Positions 51,950-64,000 of a stretch of 64,000 bases of DNA are shown here, one piece after another. The notes below the pieces were generated by a model. It was given only the letters and a program-made list of their open reading frames with translations. It did no database searches and was not told the DNA's origin. The number at the start of each line of letters is the position of its first letter. The stretch's first letter is position 1. This DNA comes from Eledone cirrhosa (taxonomy: Eukaryota): the NCBI GenBank assembly GCA_964016885.1, contig OZ024741.1:223324001-223388000 (forward strand), read 5' to 3'. The translations under genes and the position numbers were made by a program.

Positions 51950-53368
51950 TTTTACCATTAAATAATTAGTGTTTTAGAACCGAGGTGGTGACTACTATCT
52001 TTAACCCAGGCCATGACTTTCTGCTAAAATTCTTAATTTCGAAAATATTTTACTCTGCTAAAATTTTTAAGCCATGGAACTCAGTAGATGTGTGTGTATG
52101 TAACTAAAGCGTAACGTACGTTATAAATGGACAAAACACAAGCAGAATTATAATACGATGATGACTAAATGATTTTAACTTGTTTTTTAACAATTGATGG
52201 TGGAAAAGATTTCAAATTGTCTTAACTCGGGTCGCAATTCATGGTGTCTCGCACCCTTGCCGACTAAATAGCCTGGGAGTCTATTTTACCGGGAGAGGTT
52301 ACATAGCCTCTTCCAATAAAATTGATGAGGTTGGCAAAGGTACAGGGATTTCAGGCTGGTTATGATGTGAAAGAGTTAACATATTTCCTAGGTTTACAGT
52401 GATAATAAATCTATGTAGTACTTGGTGGACAATTCATAACTATGGACTGTGAAAGGGTTAATTTAGTTACATTAAGGTTTACCATTAGAAATAGTTAAAT
52501 ATAGGGGGATGCTTTGGCGGATGTGCAATGCTAATGTGCATAAATAATGAAGCATGGGTGAACTGAGAGAAAAACTGGATATTAGAAGAATCAAATGTAG
52601 TGTGCAAGGAAGAAGACTGCAGCAGTATAGACATGTGATGCATATGGATGATGATCAATGGGTGAAGACATGCTTAGAAATCTCAGTGGAAGAAAACTGC
52701 AATAGAAGACCAAGGAAGACCACATAGACGTGGTGATAGTGGAGATGACAAAGGAATACAACAAGTGGAAGGATACTGTGCTGGAAAAGACTAATCCAAC
52801 CCATGCTAACATGGAAAAGTGAACATAAAAATAATGCTGATGATAGCCATTACATAGCGCTGCCAACAACTGTGGATTGTATCCATGTATACAGTGCAAC
52901 CTTCAGATTATAAACTTGATGTTAACCAATTACCTTCTACATATGAAAGATTTACAAATATTACATATAAGAACAGCTTATGTTGACCTTAGATAATACT
53001 GACATGATAAAAAATATTAGAGTGACCAACACTTGTAATTAAGAAAGAGCTGCTGACATTAATAGGATTTCACCAATCCTCTTTCTACCATAATGTTAAT
53101 CTTAAATCGCTATGAATAATAATTAATCTGCTATGAATAATATCAAGTGGTATTAATTGTTGAATAAGCACTGAACTTGGGCTAAATACATCAAATTTAG
53201 TGAACAAGTTGTTAAAATGTCACAAGTACTTCATTAGAAATGACTGAATGAAAAAATATTAAAAGAATGAAGGGAAATAAAAATGATATTGAACTTGCAC
53301 TAAACAATAATGGATGGTGGATAAATAAAGGGGGAAAAAATCAAATGAATCAATAAATATAGCTGAGT

Positions 53369-53408
<40 letters not shown>

Positions 53409-54479
53409 CACATATACACACTCATCCAATACGCATGTGAAAATATACACACACGCAAACGTACACACACACATGCATAGAAACAATAGAAAAAGTAACA
53501 TATACACACACACGCACACACCAATAATATAAGACTCAGAGACACACAGACAGAGAGAAGCAGTAATGCACACCTACCCATCGGCACACACACACAACCA
53601 CACCCATGATACTCCCAAATGTCTGACCACTCATCTACCTCACCCAACCCTTTTAACAACCTTTTCCAAACTTTCATGTACCTAAAGCATCCGAAGCACC
53701 GAACCCTCCTCTACATCTTCCTAAGTGTGGTCCTAATAAGACTCTATTTTTGCATCCCTCTCTTTATTTTGTTTGTTTTATTAGTTCAACTATATATATA
53801 TATATACAGAGAGAGAGAGAGAGTCTGTGGCACTGAGACGCGGTTGGGATTTCACCATGTAGGTGTCACGACAAAAAGTACCCAGTCCATACTGTAAAGT
53901 GGTTGTTTTGGTGCCATGATAATAGGCACCCAGTACGCACTCTAAATGTGGTTGGCATTAGGAAGAACATCCAGCCTTAGAAACCAAGCCAAAATCGAGT
54001 TGTCCACATCTGGACAACTTGTCTAACCCATGCTAGCATAGAAAAATGGACAATAAATGGTGGTGATGATGATGATGATATAACTCTTATAACGAGTCCC
54101 CTCTGGATTTTGCTCTTTGTTTTTATCATTACTATATATGGTTTTTACCATGTTCATGTAAGTTGATTGCTTGCCTTCCTGTTTTTATTGTGCCTTTATA
54201 TCTACGTCTACACATGGTCTTGGATATGTTTGTCTAGGTCAGGAGCGTGCAACATATTCCATTGACGGGCCACTTTGGAACATTGGAACAATTATTAGGG
54301 CGATTAATATTTATTAAGCACTATTCCAAAGATTCACCACAACTTCTTTCCATAACATGGAACTGGGAAATTGTAACACACATAACCCTATCAGTGAAGC
54401 CCTTTAGTATAGGTCAACTAACAGAAAATTGTATTACGGCTACGAAAAAACTTTTAAATAAGCCTACAAGGTAAAAATT

Positions 54480-54559
54480 TTAAAACAGTCATCGCAGGCC
54501 ACTCTGACTGGTCTGGCGGGTTGGATTGTGGCCCGCGGGCCACCTGTTGCACGCTCCTG
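54480..54559. mobile_element. hAT/Charlie-type terminal fragment
   Basis: GGCCCGCGGGCC..gttgcacgctcctg resembles Charlie-like termini; the other end was not found. Confidence 0.5.
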
Positions 54560-54684
54560 GTCTAGGTAATATTAACTGATTTATATACTAGGATCGTTTT
54601 TATTCCGTAATTGTTTTGTCATCGAGTGATTACCAGATAACATGATCTATATTATTGTGTATTGTTCTAAATTATTATATACAT

Positions 54685-55012
54685 ATCATAATCATTTTAT
54701 GTCCGCTTTTTCCCTGCTTGCAAGGGTGGGATGGAAACTGATCCTGGCTTGATTTCTACAGCTGGATGCCCTTCCTAACACCAACCTCATTTACAGTGAA
54801 TGATGGGTGCTTTTTTGCCATGGCACCTCCACGACCACTTTGCAGTGGAATGATATGGATCCCAGTCCCTATCATCTCATTTCTACAGCTGAGTAAACTG
54901 GGGCAATGTGAAATAAAGTGTCTTGCTCAAGGAAACAACACATCACCCAATCCGAGAATTGAACTCGCAACCTTTCGATTGCAAGGCCAATGCTCTAACC
55001 ACTAAGCCATGT
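54685..55012 (-). mobile_element. SINE family B
   Basis: Reverse complement of 4258-4591. Confidence 0.9.
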
Positions 55013-55748
55013 AGTGCTGTGCACTCTACATATGAATGGAGTTCCACTGAAGCAGGTGGAGTAGTTTAAGTATCTCAAGGCTGTGTTCAGGAGTGATAGA
55101 AGGCAAGGGGCTGAATTAAGTGCAAGAATTGCAGGAGCTGGTGCTGTAATGCTGTAATGCACCAGCTTCCAACTTCAGCAGTCAGTAATCAGTAGGTGTA
55201 AAAGCCAAACTTGCTATCTTCAATTCGGTTTTCATGCCAGCTCTTACTTATGATCATGAATCTTAGGTAAAACCAAAAGAATACAATCACAAATATAAGC
55301 AGCCGAAATTGGGTTCCTCTGAAGAGTAGAGTGCATAGCTTGGAGACCAGACATTTGCACCAGGTAAAGCTGCTACTTCTCCGAATTGAGAGGTCACAGC
55401 TCCAATAATCTGGGCATGCGGTTAAAAATGTCTAAGGAAAGAATCGTTGAACAGATTTTACAGGCAAAACCAGCCAACAAGAGACCCAGGCGTAGATCCC
55501 AAGCAAGATGGTTGGATAACATCCATGAGCTTGGTTGGTCTTGCTTGGGGGATCCAGCCAGATAAATTGGAGATGGATACTTTTGATAGGATCAGCTGGA
55601 AAGAGTGTTTGATGACTCTGCTCCCATGACCCTCTTAGAAATAAGTGAGCAAAGAAGAAGGCGAGAAGAATATCTAATTTTGAGCATTAAACTAATATAT
55701 CTCTTTATTGTACTGTGTCATTTGCTTTGTTATTTTTATTTACTTTTT

Positions 55749-55791
<43 letters not shown>

Positions 55792-58659
55792 CGGTTAGTT
55801 CAAGGACATCCAGCTATAAAAAAATTTCTCAAACCATCCCATCCAACCCATGTCACCATAGAAAAGTGGATGTAAAAATGACAGAGTCAACTTCAACTGT
55901 GACCAGCAATAGATGATTTAACCTCATTAATTTGCTTGAAAATACACAAAGTACACAACACTCAAGTGCTTTGAAAACACCCAGTTAATTTCATGTTTTC
56001 AGTGTTAAAGTGCTATTTACATCAATCTTCCCTGCATCACGATAGCCCATTTCAGCTGATCTACCACTGAATTTGTATAAAGTGGAGAGAAAAAGAGATT
56101 TCATGTTTATACGTTGGTTGTTGCTGGTGTTTAACCCCAGGCCGACCATGAACAAGCAAACTAGAATAGATATTCAAGCAGTGACCAATAAATGTTTTTC
56201 CCGAGAATATTATCCAATATGTTAATATTGGTGGAGACTGTAAATTTTGTGAAGATTTGCTGCTATTTCTAACAGATCAAGTGACCAACTCCCAGGTTGG
56301 CTCATTGATCCATAGGTGATTCAAACACCAGCTCCTTTTTGTGGCCTCTTACAACATGCAGGAAAGTGTATATATTCTAAAAGGCAGGATACACACACAC
56401 ACACATATATTTGGGCACAAAAGGTTTCTCTCTAAAAATGAAAGGCAGATTGTATGGTGATTGTATATGAACAGCAATGTTACATGGTAGTGAGACCTGG
56501 GCATTGTGTAGAGGATCTGCACAGATTGGAAAGAAACGAAGCATGCATGCTTCAATGGATGTGTAATAGTAATATACACAAACAACAAAGCATAAATGAA
56601 CTAAGTGTGAAATTAGGCATAAGAGGGATCAGATGCAGTTTACTAGAGAGGAGATTGCATTGGTATGGTCATGTGATGCGTATGAAGGATGACAGCTGTA
56701 TAAAAAAAGTGCAGGGCTATCAAAATTAATGGAAACTACGGTGTAGGTAGACCCAGAAAGACCTGGGACGAGGTGATAAAAGCTGACCTTGCACACTTGA
56801 ACCTCTCTATGACAATGACACAGAATCAAGATCTTTGGTTCACTGCAGTAATACAGAAAACCCTCTTAATCCAATCTAAAAACCAGGGTACACATGGCAT
56901 ATATACATATATATATACACGCACATATATATATATATATATATATACATACATATATCCATACATATATATATCATGTATATATATATATATATACCCT
57001 TCACCCCAACACATCCTCCCATTCCCGCCCACACCACCCTTACTCTGTAAAGTTATGTTGGTACCACAAAACATCCAGCCCACATTGCACTGTAAATGTG
57101 GTTGGCGATAGGAAGGGCTTCCAACCGTAGAAAAGCAGCCAGAAACAGTTCTATATGAGCGAGGCATGGCCACCCAACCAAAGTTGCCTCAAATGAGACA
57201 AACCCGTCTTGCCCGTGGCTAGTGTGGAAGATAGACGTTAAATGATGATGATGATGATATTATACATATATTTATAAATACATACATATATATGATGAAC
57301 TCTCCCGTCAATATCCTACGTATGAGTGTCCAACAAAAGTTCAGCTCTCTAGATGGCGGTGTCTCATGTGACATTTCAATCTCGCAAAAGACTGGTAGAA
57401 ATGTGAGAAAGTGAACTGATGTTGAACTATCCACACAAAGTTTTGTTTTAAGAGGTGAAGTCTTGTGTAGGACCAACCACACTTTTTGGAATTGACGACA
57501 TATCTTCGGTGCAAATGTTTGCCACGGAAAATACGACAGCCCTCACAAAAAAAAAAAATACTATTTAGATGGCCGTTGACTCCGCCCTTTGCCGGGTCTT
57601 GTATTTTATCCCGCAGGGTGTCCAAATATCCCCCTCCTCACCAAGCAAGCTTAGTTTAGTCGCTGACGACCCAACCATGAGACAGGTTGTACTGGGTTAT
57701 ATGTTACCAGTAATACTCGAGAGCGACCTGAGAATATATATATAAATATATATCATCATCATCATTTTTATGCCTACTTTTCCACGCTTGTAAGGTTTAG
57801 ACAGGTCCTTCTTAGAATGGGACGTCTCAATACATCGCGATCCTTTCTCATCACCTCTGTGAGTCTCAGTGATTTAAAATCAGCTCTCACAACCTCTGCC
57901 CAGGTCTTTCTTGGTCTACCCCTACTGCAGCTTCCTTCCACTGGCACTTCTTCACCTAACAACCATTGTCCATGTACATCACATGTCGAAACCACCTCGA
58001 ATTCCTCTTAAACCCAGCTTCTCCTTCAACTCGTCCAAGCTCTGCTTCTCCCTCACACTTACATTGCACATTTCCAATGGAAAATGGTTACTTCATTTCT
58101 CTCCAGTCACAGCCCATGTTTCACTACCATGCAGCATCACATATATATAGAGAGAGTGAGAAAGTGTGTGTGTTCTACAGTGCTCTCCTATGACAATAAA
58201 GGATCCGGCCCACCCTTAAGTTGGTTGTGCTGGTATCACAATAAAAGAACCCAGTCCACCTTGTAAAGTGGTAGAGCTAGTATACGCTGTAATATGATAG
58301 GAAGGACATCCAGCCATGGAAAATGAAGCCAGAATGTATGAGCAACATATGGTCAACTAACCTAAAAAATAGATGTTACGCAGTGCTGATGATTCAGACT
58401 GAAGGTGGCTGTTTTAGTTTAATCGCATGTATATTCTGATTATATAGATACATTATCAAAGGCATTCATACATGATTAGACAGCTAGATTTGAGGAGTGA
58501 AGTACGGGGGGCATAATGTACCATGGGCTATATTATCAAATTTTTTTTTTTGGTGGACATTTCTTGCAAGATGAATGATCACATAGAGGCTTCATCAATA
58601 GCTCATAGATTCGTAGAAATCAGTCAAGAGATTGGAGTAACAGTTTATTTGGCCAACAC

Positions 58660-58905
58660 AGTACTTACTGTCTCAATCCTTTTATCTGTACATAGATACT
58701 ATGTGTTGGAGTTGGCTGTCAGAAGTAGGAGCAGGTATATTGTCTTGTTAGCCATAACTACCGGGTTAGCTCTTGGTTCAGTCCTTTTATCTCTACATAG
58801 ACACCATAGGTTGGAACAGGCTTCTGCTGTCAAAAGTAGTAGCAGGTATATTGTTAGCAATCACTGCTGAGTTAATTCTTGGTTCAGTCCATTTATTTGT
58901 ACATA
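58660..58905. repeat. Degenerate ~105-110 bp tandem repeat (about 2.3 units)
   Basis: tcctttt atct.tacatag, gctgtca.aagtag.agcaggtatattgt and tcttggttcagtcc segments each recur. Confidence 0.65.
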
Positions 58906-59933
58906 GGTCAATCCAACCAAGGCCAACTTTACCTTTCATCCTTATGGGGTAATTATCATCATCACCATCATTTAACGTCCATTTTCCATGCTAGCATGGG
59001 TTAGACGGGTTTGTCCCATTTGAGGCAGGTTGGGTCAAGTGACTGTGTCTTGCTCATATAGAACTGTTTCTAGCTAGATTTCTACAGATTACCAGTCAAG
59101 TACAGGGGTTGATTTAATCAACATTGTCCTTTTCCAAAAATGTTCGGACCTTTTGCCCAAATAAAAAAAAAATCAATATTTAAATTAAAACCTCCCATCA
59201 TAATCTTATGTGAAAACCTTTTAAGTGGACAGATGGTTATTTCCTGAAGCCTTTCCAATGATTAATTGGAAAACATACTGCTTAAGAAATATGGTATCAA
59301 AAGGGTTAAATCAATAGATGCCACAACTTCCACTTCCATCTCCATACACCTGAAAGTTAAGAGCTGATTGCCCATTGATGGATACTTCTGATCTCAAGGA
59401 ATATACCTTTTTTTTACAAAATCCTATGCTTATGCAAGCAATTTGCACAATACACACACTCACACGGATATGTGTAATTCTCTTATAATTTGCATGTGTA
59501 TGACTATTTGATGAAACTGAACGAGTGAATGAATGTGCATTTAAGTATGAGTATGAGTGGTTGACTGAAGAATGAAAGCATACACTACAACATCTGCACT
59601 GTAACAGTATTAAACAGTATCTTATTATCAGTTAACTAAAGAAGAGGTTTAAGAACAACCAATCTTTAAAACCTAAACAATAGCAACAGCACACATACAA
59701 CCGTAATTATAACATTCAAGGCTTCAACACATCAACAATGGCTCGACACCAAAACGCTGGAAGGAGAAGGCGGAGAGTTTAAAAGTGTCTTTGATTATAG
59801 TGGTTTACCAGTAAAACAACTTGATGGAACAATCAGTTACAAATGGACGCAATTGTCTTCAGAGGGAATTTGCCGGAAATTAGCTGGAAAAGTATGTAAT
59901 GTTGATGTTTGAATAGGCGTCAATGTGTACGTA

Positions 59934-60495
<562 letters not shown>

Positions 60496-60500
60496 CATGC

Positions 60501-60535
<35 letters not shown>

Positions 60536-61318
60536 TTGTTGCTGCTATCTGGATATCTGAATTGTACAGAACTGTTGGTAAACAGTACAGCTCAACAACA
60601 AAGTGGCTGCCGGTTGCTAGTGTTAGCCAGTAAATTAGATATCTCTAATGGTTAGTTTACTTTTAATACAATTGATAAAAGCCAAAGGGAAGCCCACACC
60701 ACCTCTTTCCCACAGACAATGTTTCGAAAGAGTCTCAGTAGTATACAGTCTACTTCAAACCGGTGTCAGATGTTATTGGCAAAGTTAAGTGGGTTTGGCC
60801 AGTAAGTTTAAGAGAAATTAGCTAGTTGTATTATAATTACTAAAAAGGTGGTGGTGGTGGTAGTAGTAGTAGTAGTAGCGTGCTGGGATAAATTCTCTAT
60901 ATTTTAGTTACATCTCTTTTATGTTCTGAGAGAGTTCTAAACCCAGTGGAAAAGGTGGTGGGGAAAATTTAATCTTCCATTCCTAGAGGAGGCGGGGTGT
61001 AAATTAGTAACAGTCAAGTACTGGCAGTTGAGTGTATCAACTACAACCAGCCAGCCACCCACCCAGCTATCCAACAAAATATTTATGGCCTTGTATTACT
61101 GTTAGAAATCAGTATTACTTGGTAGAATTGGTAGAGCATCAAACAAAGTATATTGTGATGTTTCTTTAAATTCTGAGTTCAAATCCTGCCTGGTTTGGCA
61201 TCTTCTGTGATCTATGAAATAATTGTTTCTATTTTTTTGGCACAAGGCCAGCAATTACTTAGTGCATTACTGGTACTTTATTTTATGGAGCCCGTAAGGA
61301 TTTGTATATGTGTATGTA

Positions 61319-62641
61319 CAGGTTGCGGACGATATTTGTTCGCAAGATTACTTTCCAGGAAAAAATAACACAGTAGTTTTATTTTTTAAGATATATTTAT
61401 CAAACTTGGGTCAGTTTGTCTTCATGACTTGTTCTTTCGATCTCACTCGATAAACCCGCCATTGGCTTTGATGACGGCCTCAAGGCGGCCTCGGAACCGG
61501 CTACAGGCCTTCGTCACTGTCCCCCAACTTAGGCCCCTAAAGGCACTTGTGATCCTGGCCTTCAGATCGTCTTTTGTATTGCAGCTAGATCTGTTGGTGT
61601 CTCATTCCACTGCACCCCACACAAAGAAGTCGAGGGGGTTGCAGTCAGGCGAACTGGGAGGCCAGGTGTCAGGTGAAGTGTGGTTGACGAAGTTCTCTGA
61701 CAGCCAGGCTTGGGTCTTTCGGCTTTGGGTATGGCAGGGTGCTGAGTCTTGCTGCCACACGTACGGCCTAGCTGCAGCTACCTGGTCGATCCAGGGCTTT
61801 ACTACCTCGCTCAGAATGCGGATGTAGCCATCGGTGTTCAGCTTGAGGCCCTCAGGGAAGAAGTGAGGTGGTATGACGTCACCTTGACTGCTGATGACAC
61901 CTAAGACCAATGTTGTCGCTGGAAACTTTGTCTGCATGACTCTGGGCACGTCTTTGGATGAGACTGCGAGCCACCTGTTGTTCTGGGAGTTGATCTTCTG
62001 GTCTTGGCAGAAGTTTTTCTCGTCGGAGAAAAACCACAGCATGTCTGGCTCCAGTGAGTGTTTCAACTTGTTGATCAGCTTCTTTGCGTGCTTCAGTCGC
62101 TTTTCTTTCATCGCCTTTGACAGAAATTGTCCCTTCCTCATCTTGTCTGAAACGTAGTGAATGTCTTCATGTACCACCAGCTTAATGAGCTTTTCATCCA
62201 CGCCTTTCTCCCTTGCAATGGCACACATCAACTTGCTAGGTTCATTGTTGATGATATCCTGAACTTCAGCGACGAACTCGGGCGTTCTGAAGGCGTCAGA
62301 TCGTCGATCATGTGTTTTCCTCTCTGATGTTGCTTCGTAGTCGAATCCTGAATCTTCCAATTCCTTTCTGACGTTTTCCACCATTCTCCTGCTGATGCTG
62401 AGAAAGTCTGAAATTTCCTTATTTGTCCTCCCGGCGCGAATTCCAAGAAGAACTCCGTGTCTCTTCCACAAATTTGGAGGTTCAAAATTATTCATAATCA
62501 ATTATTCATAATCAATTATTCTGAAAATAAATAATGGAAATATAGTCACTGTTTTTATGAAGACAAGAGTGACAACGGAAGTAAAAAAATTTGCATAAAA
62601 TTAGCAGTTGAAAATTGCGAACAAATATCGTCCACACCCTG
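61319..62641 (-). mobile_element. Full-length Tc1/mariner superfamily transposon, maT (DD37D)-like
   Basis: 27-bp TIRs (caggttgcggacgatatttgttcgcaa, 2 mismatches), TA on both sides, 1323 bp. Confidence 0.95.
61443..62495 (-). pseudogene. ~350-aa transposase with one premature stop at 61602-61604
   Basis: FSDEK, QQDSAPCH and WPPSSPDCNPLDF motifs; the frame continues after TGA as DTNRSSCNTKDDLKARI..RFRGRLEAVIKANGGFIE*. Confidence 0.92.
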
Positions 62642-63142
62642 TATATGGTGAATACAATATCCTTCTGACCTATTTTCTTCACTAAATCTAGGAGTTGACT
62701 GTTGCCATATGTGATATGACTGACCCGATACTTAAAATGACCTAGCTTTTACTTCAATTGCTCTGTATTTTAAAAATTACCTAGATACAATTTACCATCC
62801 CATTTACTCTTAAATATTTTCACTGATTTGTATATTTGTTTATGCATTTATATACAGGCTACGCGGTTTCATTTTATTTATTCTTGTATTTGCCTTAATT
62901 CCTTTACTCTTTTTCTACCAAGTGACCAGTTTACTCAACTGATAAATAAAAAAACAAATCCATTGTTTCTGAAGAAGGACAGCAGAGATATAGTTTTTCG
63001 GGGCTGATGGTATGGAGTTACATAACTACCATCCATTAGTCTACACATCTATATTTTGTTTTTTAAAATGATCATAAAACAACAAATTAATTACTACCTT
63101 GCTTTGGTTTTTTTATTCTTTCATTGTTTGATATTATATATA

Positions 63143-63960
63143 CAAGCAGAAAAACCACCCTTCGGGTGATTTTCTGCTAGCAAGTTTAGTGTGCATATTG
63201 ATATTAGCCTTGCCATCACCCGAGGTAACACTGCGAGTGTGCTGGCTTGCCTAAAAAATCATTAGAGAGGTTGCCCAGTACTCCTCACTGCTGTCTTTTG
63301 CTCTGGTGGTGGCTCGGTTATTCACCCCTTCCTTTACATTTTCTTTAATATTGCAGCATTAAAGGAATATATCCTTCTGATAGAATTGCGAGCAATTTAT
63401 AATGTTATCTAAGCATTTGTAATGTTATTTATGTATATATTTAAAACATATTTGTTATGTTATTCTACTATAAATTTATTTATATGCTTTGTATATATCA
63501 TATGTGTTCATATTTTCACCTCCCATTTGTAACGTTATTTAATATAATAAAAATATATATGCATGTAGATATACATCAAATAAAATTGTAATTGACAATA
63601 TACACAGAAGTTGAACGAAGACTGCGTTACACTGTCTTATGTAATCAGTAATGTAATCCATGATACATTAAAAAAAGACGATATTATATATAAACTGCAT
63701 TAGGAGATAATTAGTGACGGAAATATATGAATGTTTATTTAAGCGATCGCTAACCGGAAGTGTTGACATTTGAAAATTTTAAAGAAGTGACTCTTTAAAT
63801 AAACAATAAAATATATTTAATCAACAGCTACGAAATTTAGTAGATAAATTATGTAATATTCATTCATTATTTATTCAAAGTAATCCAACTTATTTTACTA
63901 ACTGGATTAAAAGAAATAAACCATACGCAGTCCGCACTCCTTACTTTATTATAGTTTAGA
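63143..63960 (-). mobile_element. Non-autonomous Helitron (same family as 16891-17640)
   Basis: a|TCTAAACTATAATAAAG at 63960; same terminal hairpin, ending CTTG|t; ~63560-63960 collinear with the first copy. Confidence 0.82.
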
Positions 63961-64000
63961 TGTGTATATATTATTATCATTAGACTCGGTAGAGCGACAG

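Noticed and set aside
58523-58870. 115-aa hydrophobic ORF
   Set aside because: Overlaps a degenerate tandem repeat; no family motif.
61429-61827. Antisense ORFs over the transposase and RTE (also 13507-14204)
   Set aside because: Shadow frames of GC-richer TE coding sequence.

Overview
AT-rich, microsatellite-laden eukaryotic DNA, probably a cephalopod (octopus-like; inferred from the SINE/LINE/microsatellite content, not proven). Almost the whole window lies in introns of one minus-strand host gene, an SH3BGR/SH3BGRL-family thioredoxin-fold protein. Two of its coding exons are visible (41823-42008 and 12486-12545, separated by a ~29.3 kb intron) and neither appears in the ORF track. The remainder is transposon debris: two tRNA-derived SINE families, RTE-type LINE fragments, TTAA MITEs, Helitrons, a decayed mariner and a near-intact 1.3 kb maT-like (DD37D-type) transposon. 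The most striking signal is about ten short fold-back (inverted-repeat) elements, mostly next to (TA)n tracts. They derive from Penelope-like element ends and carry about 12 well-formed minimal type I hammerhead ribozyme motifs from six sequence families, often on both strands. One fold-back has an 85-bp loop that is an exact copy of DNA 1.1 kb away. All structures were read by eye; no folding, alignment or database search was run.
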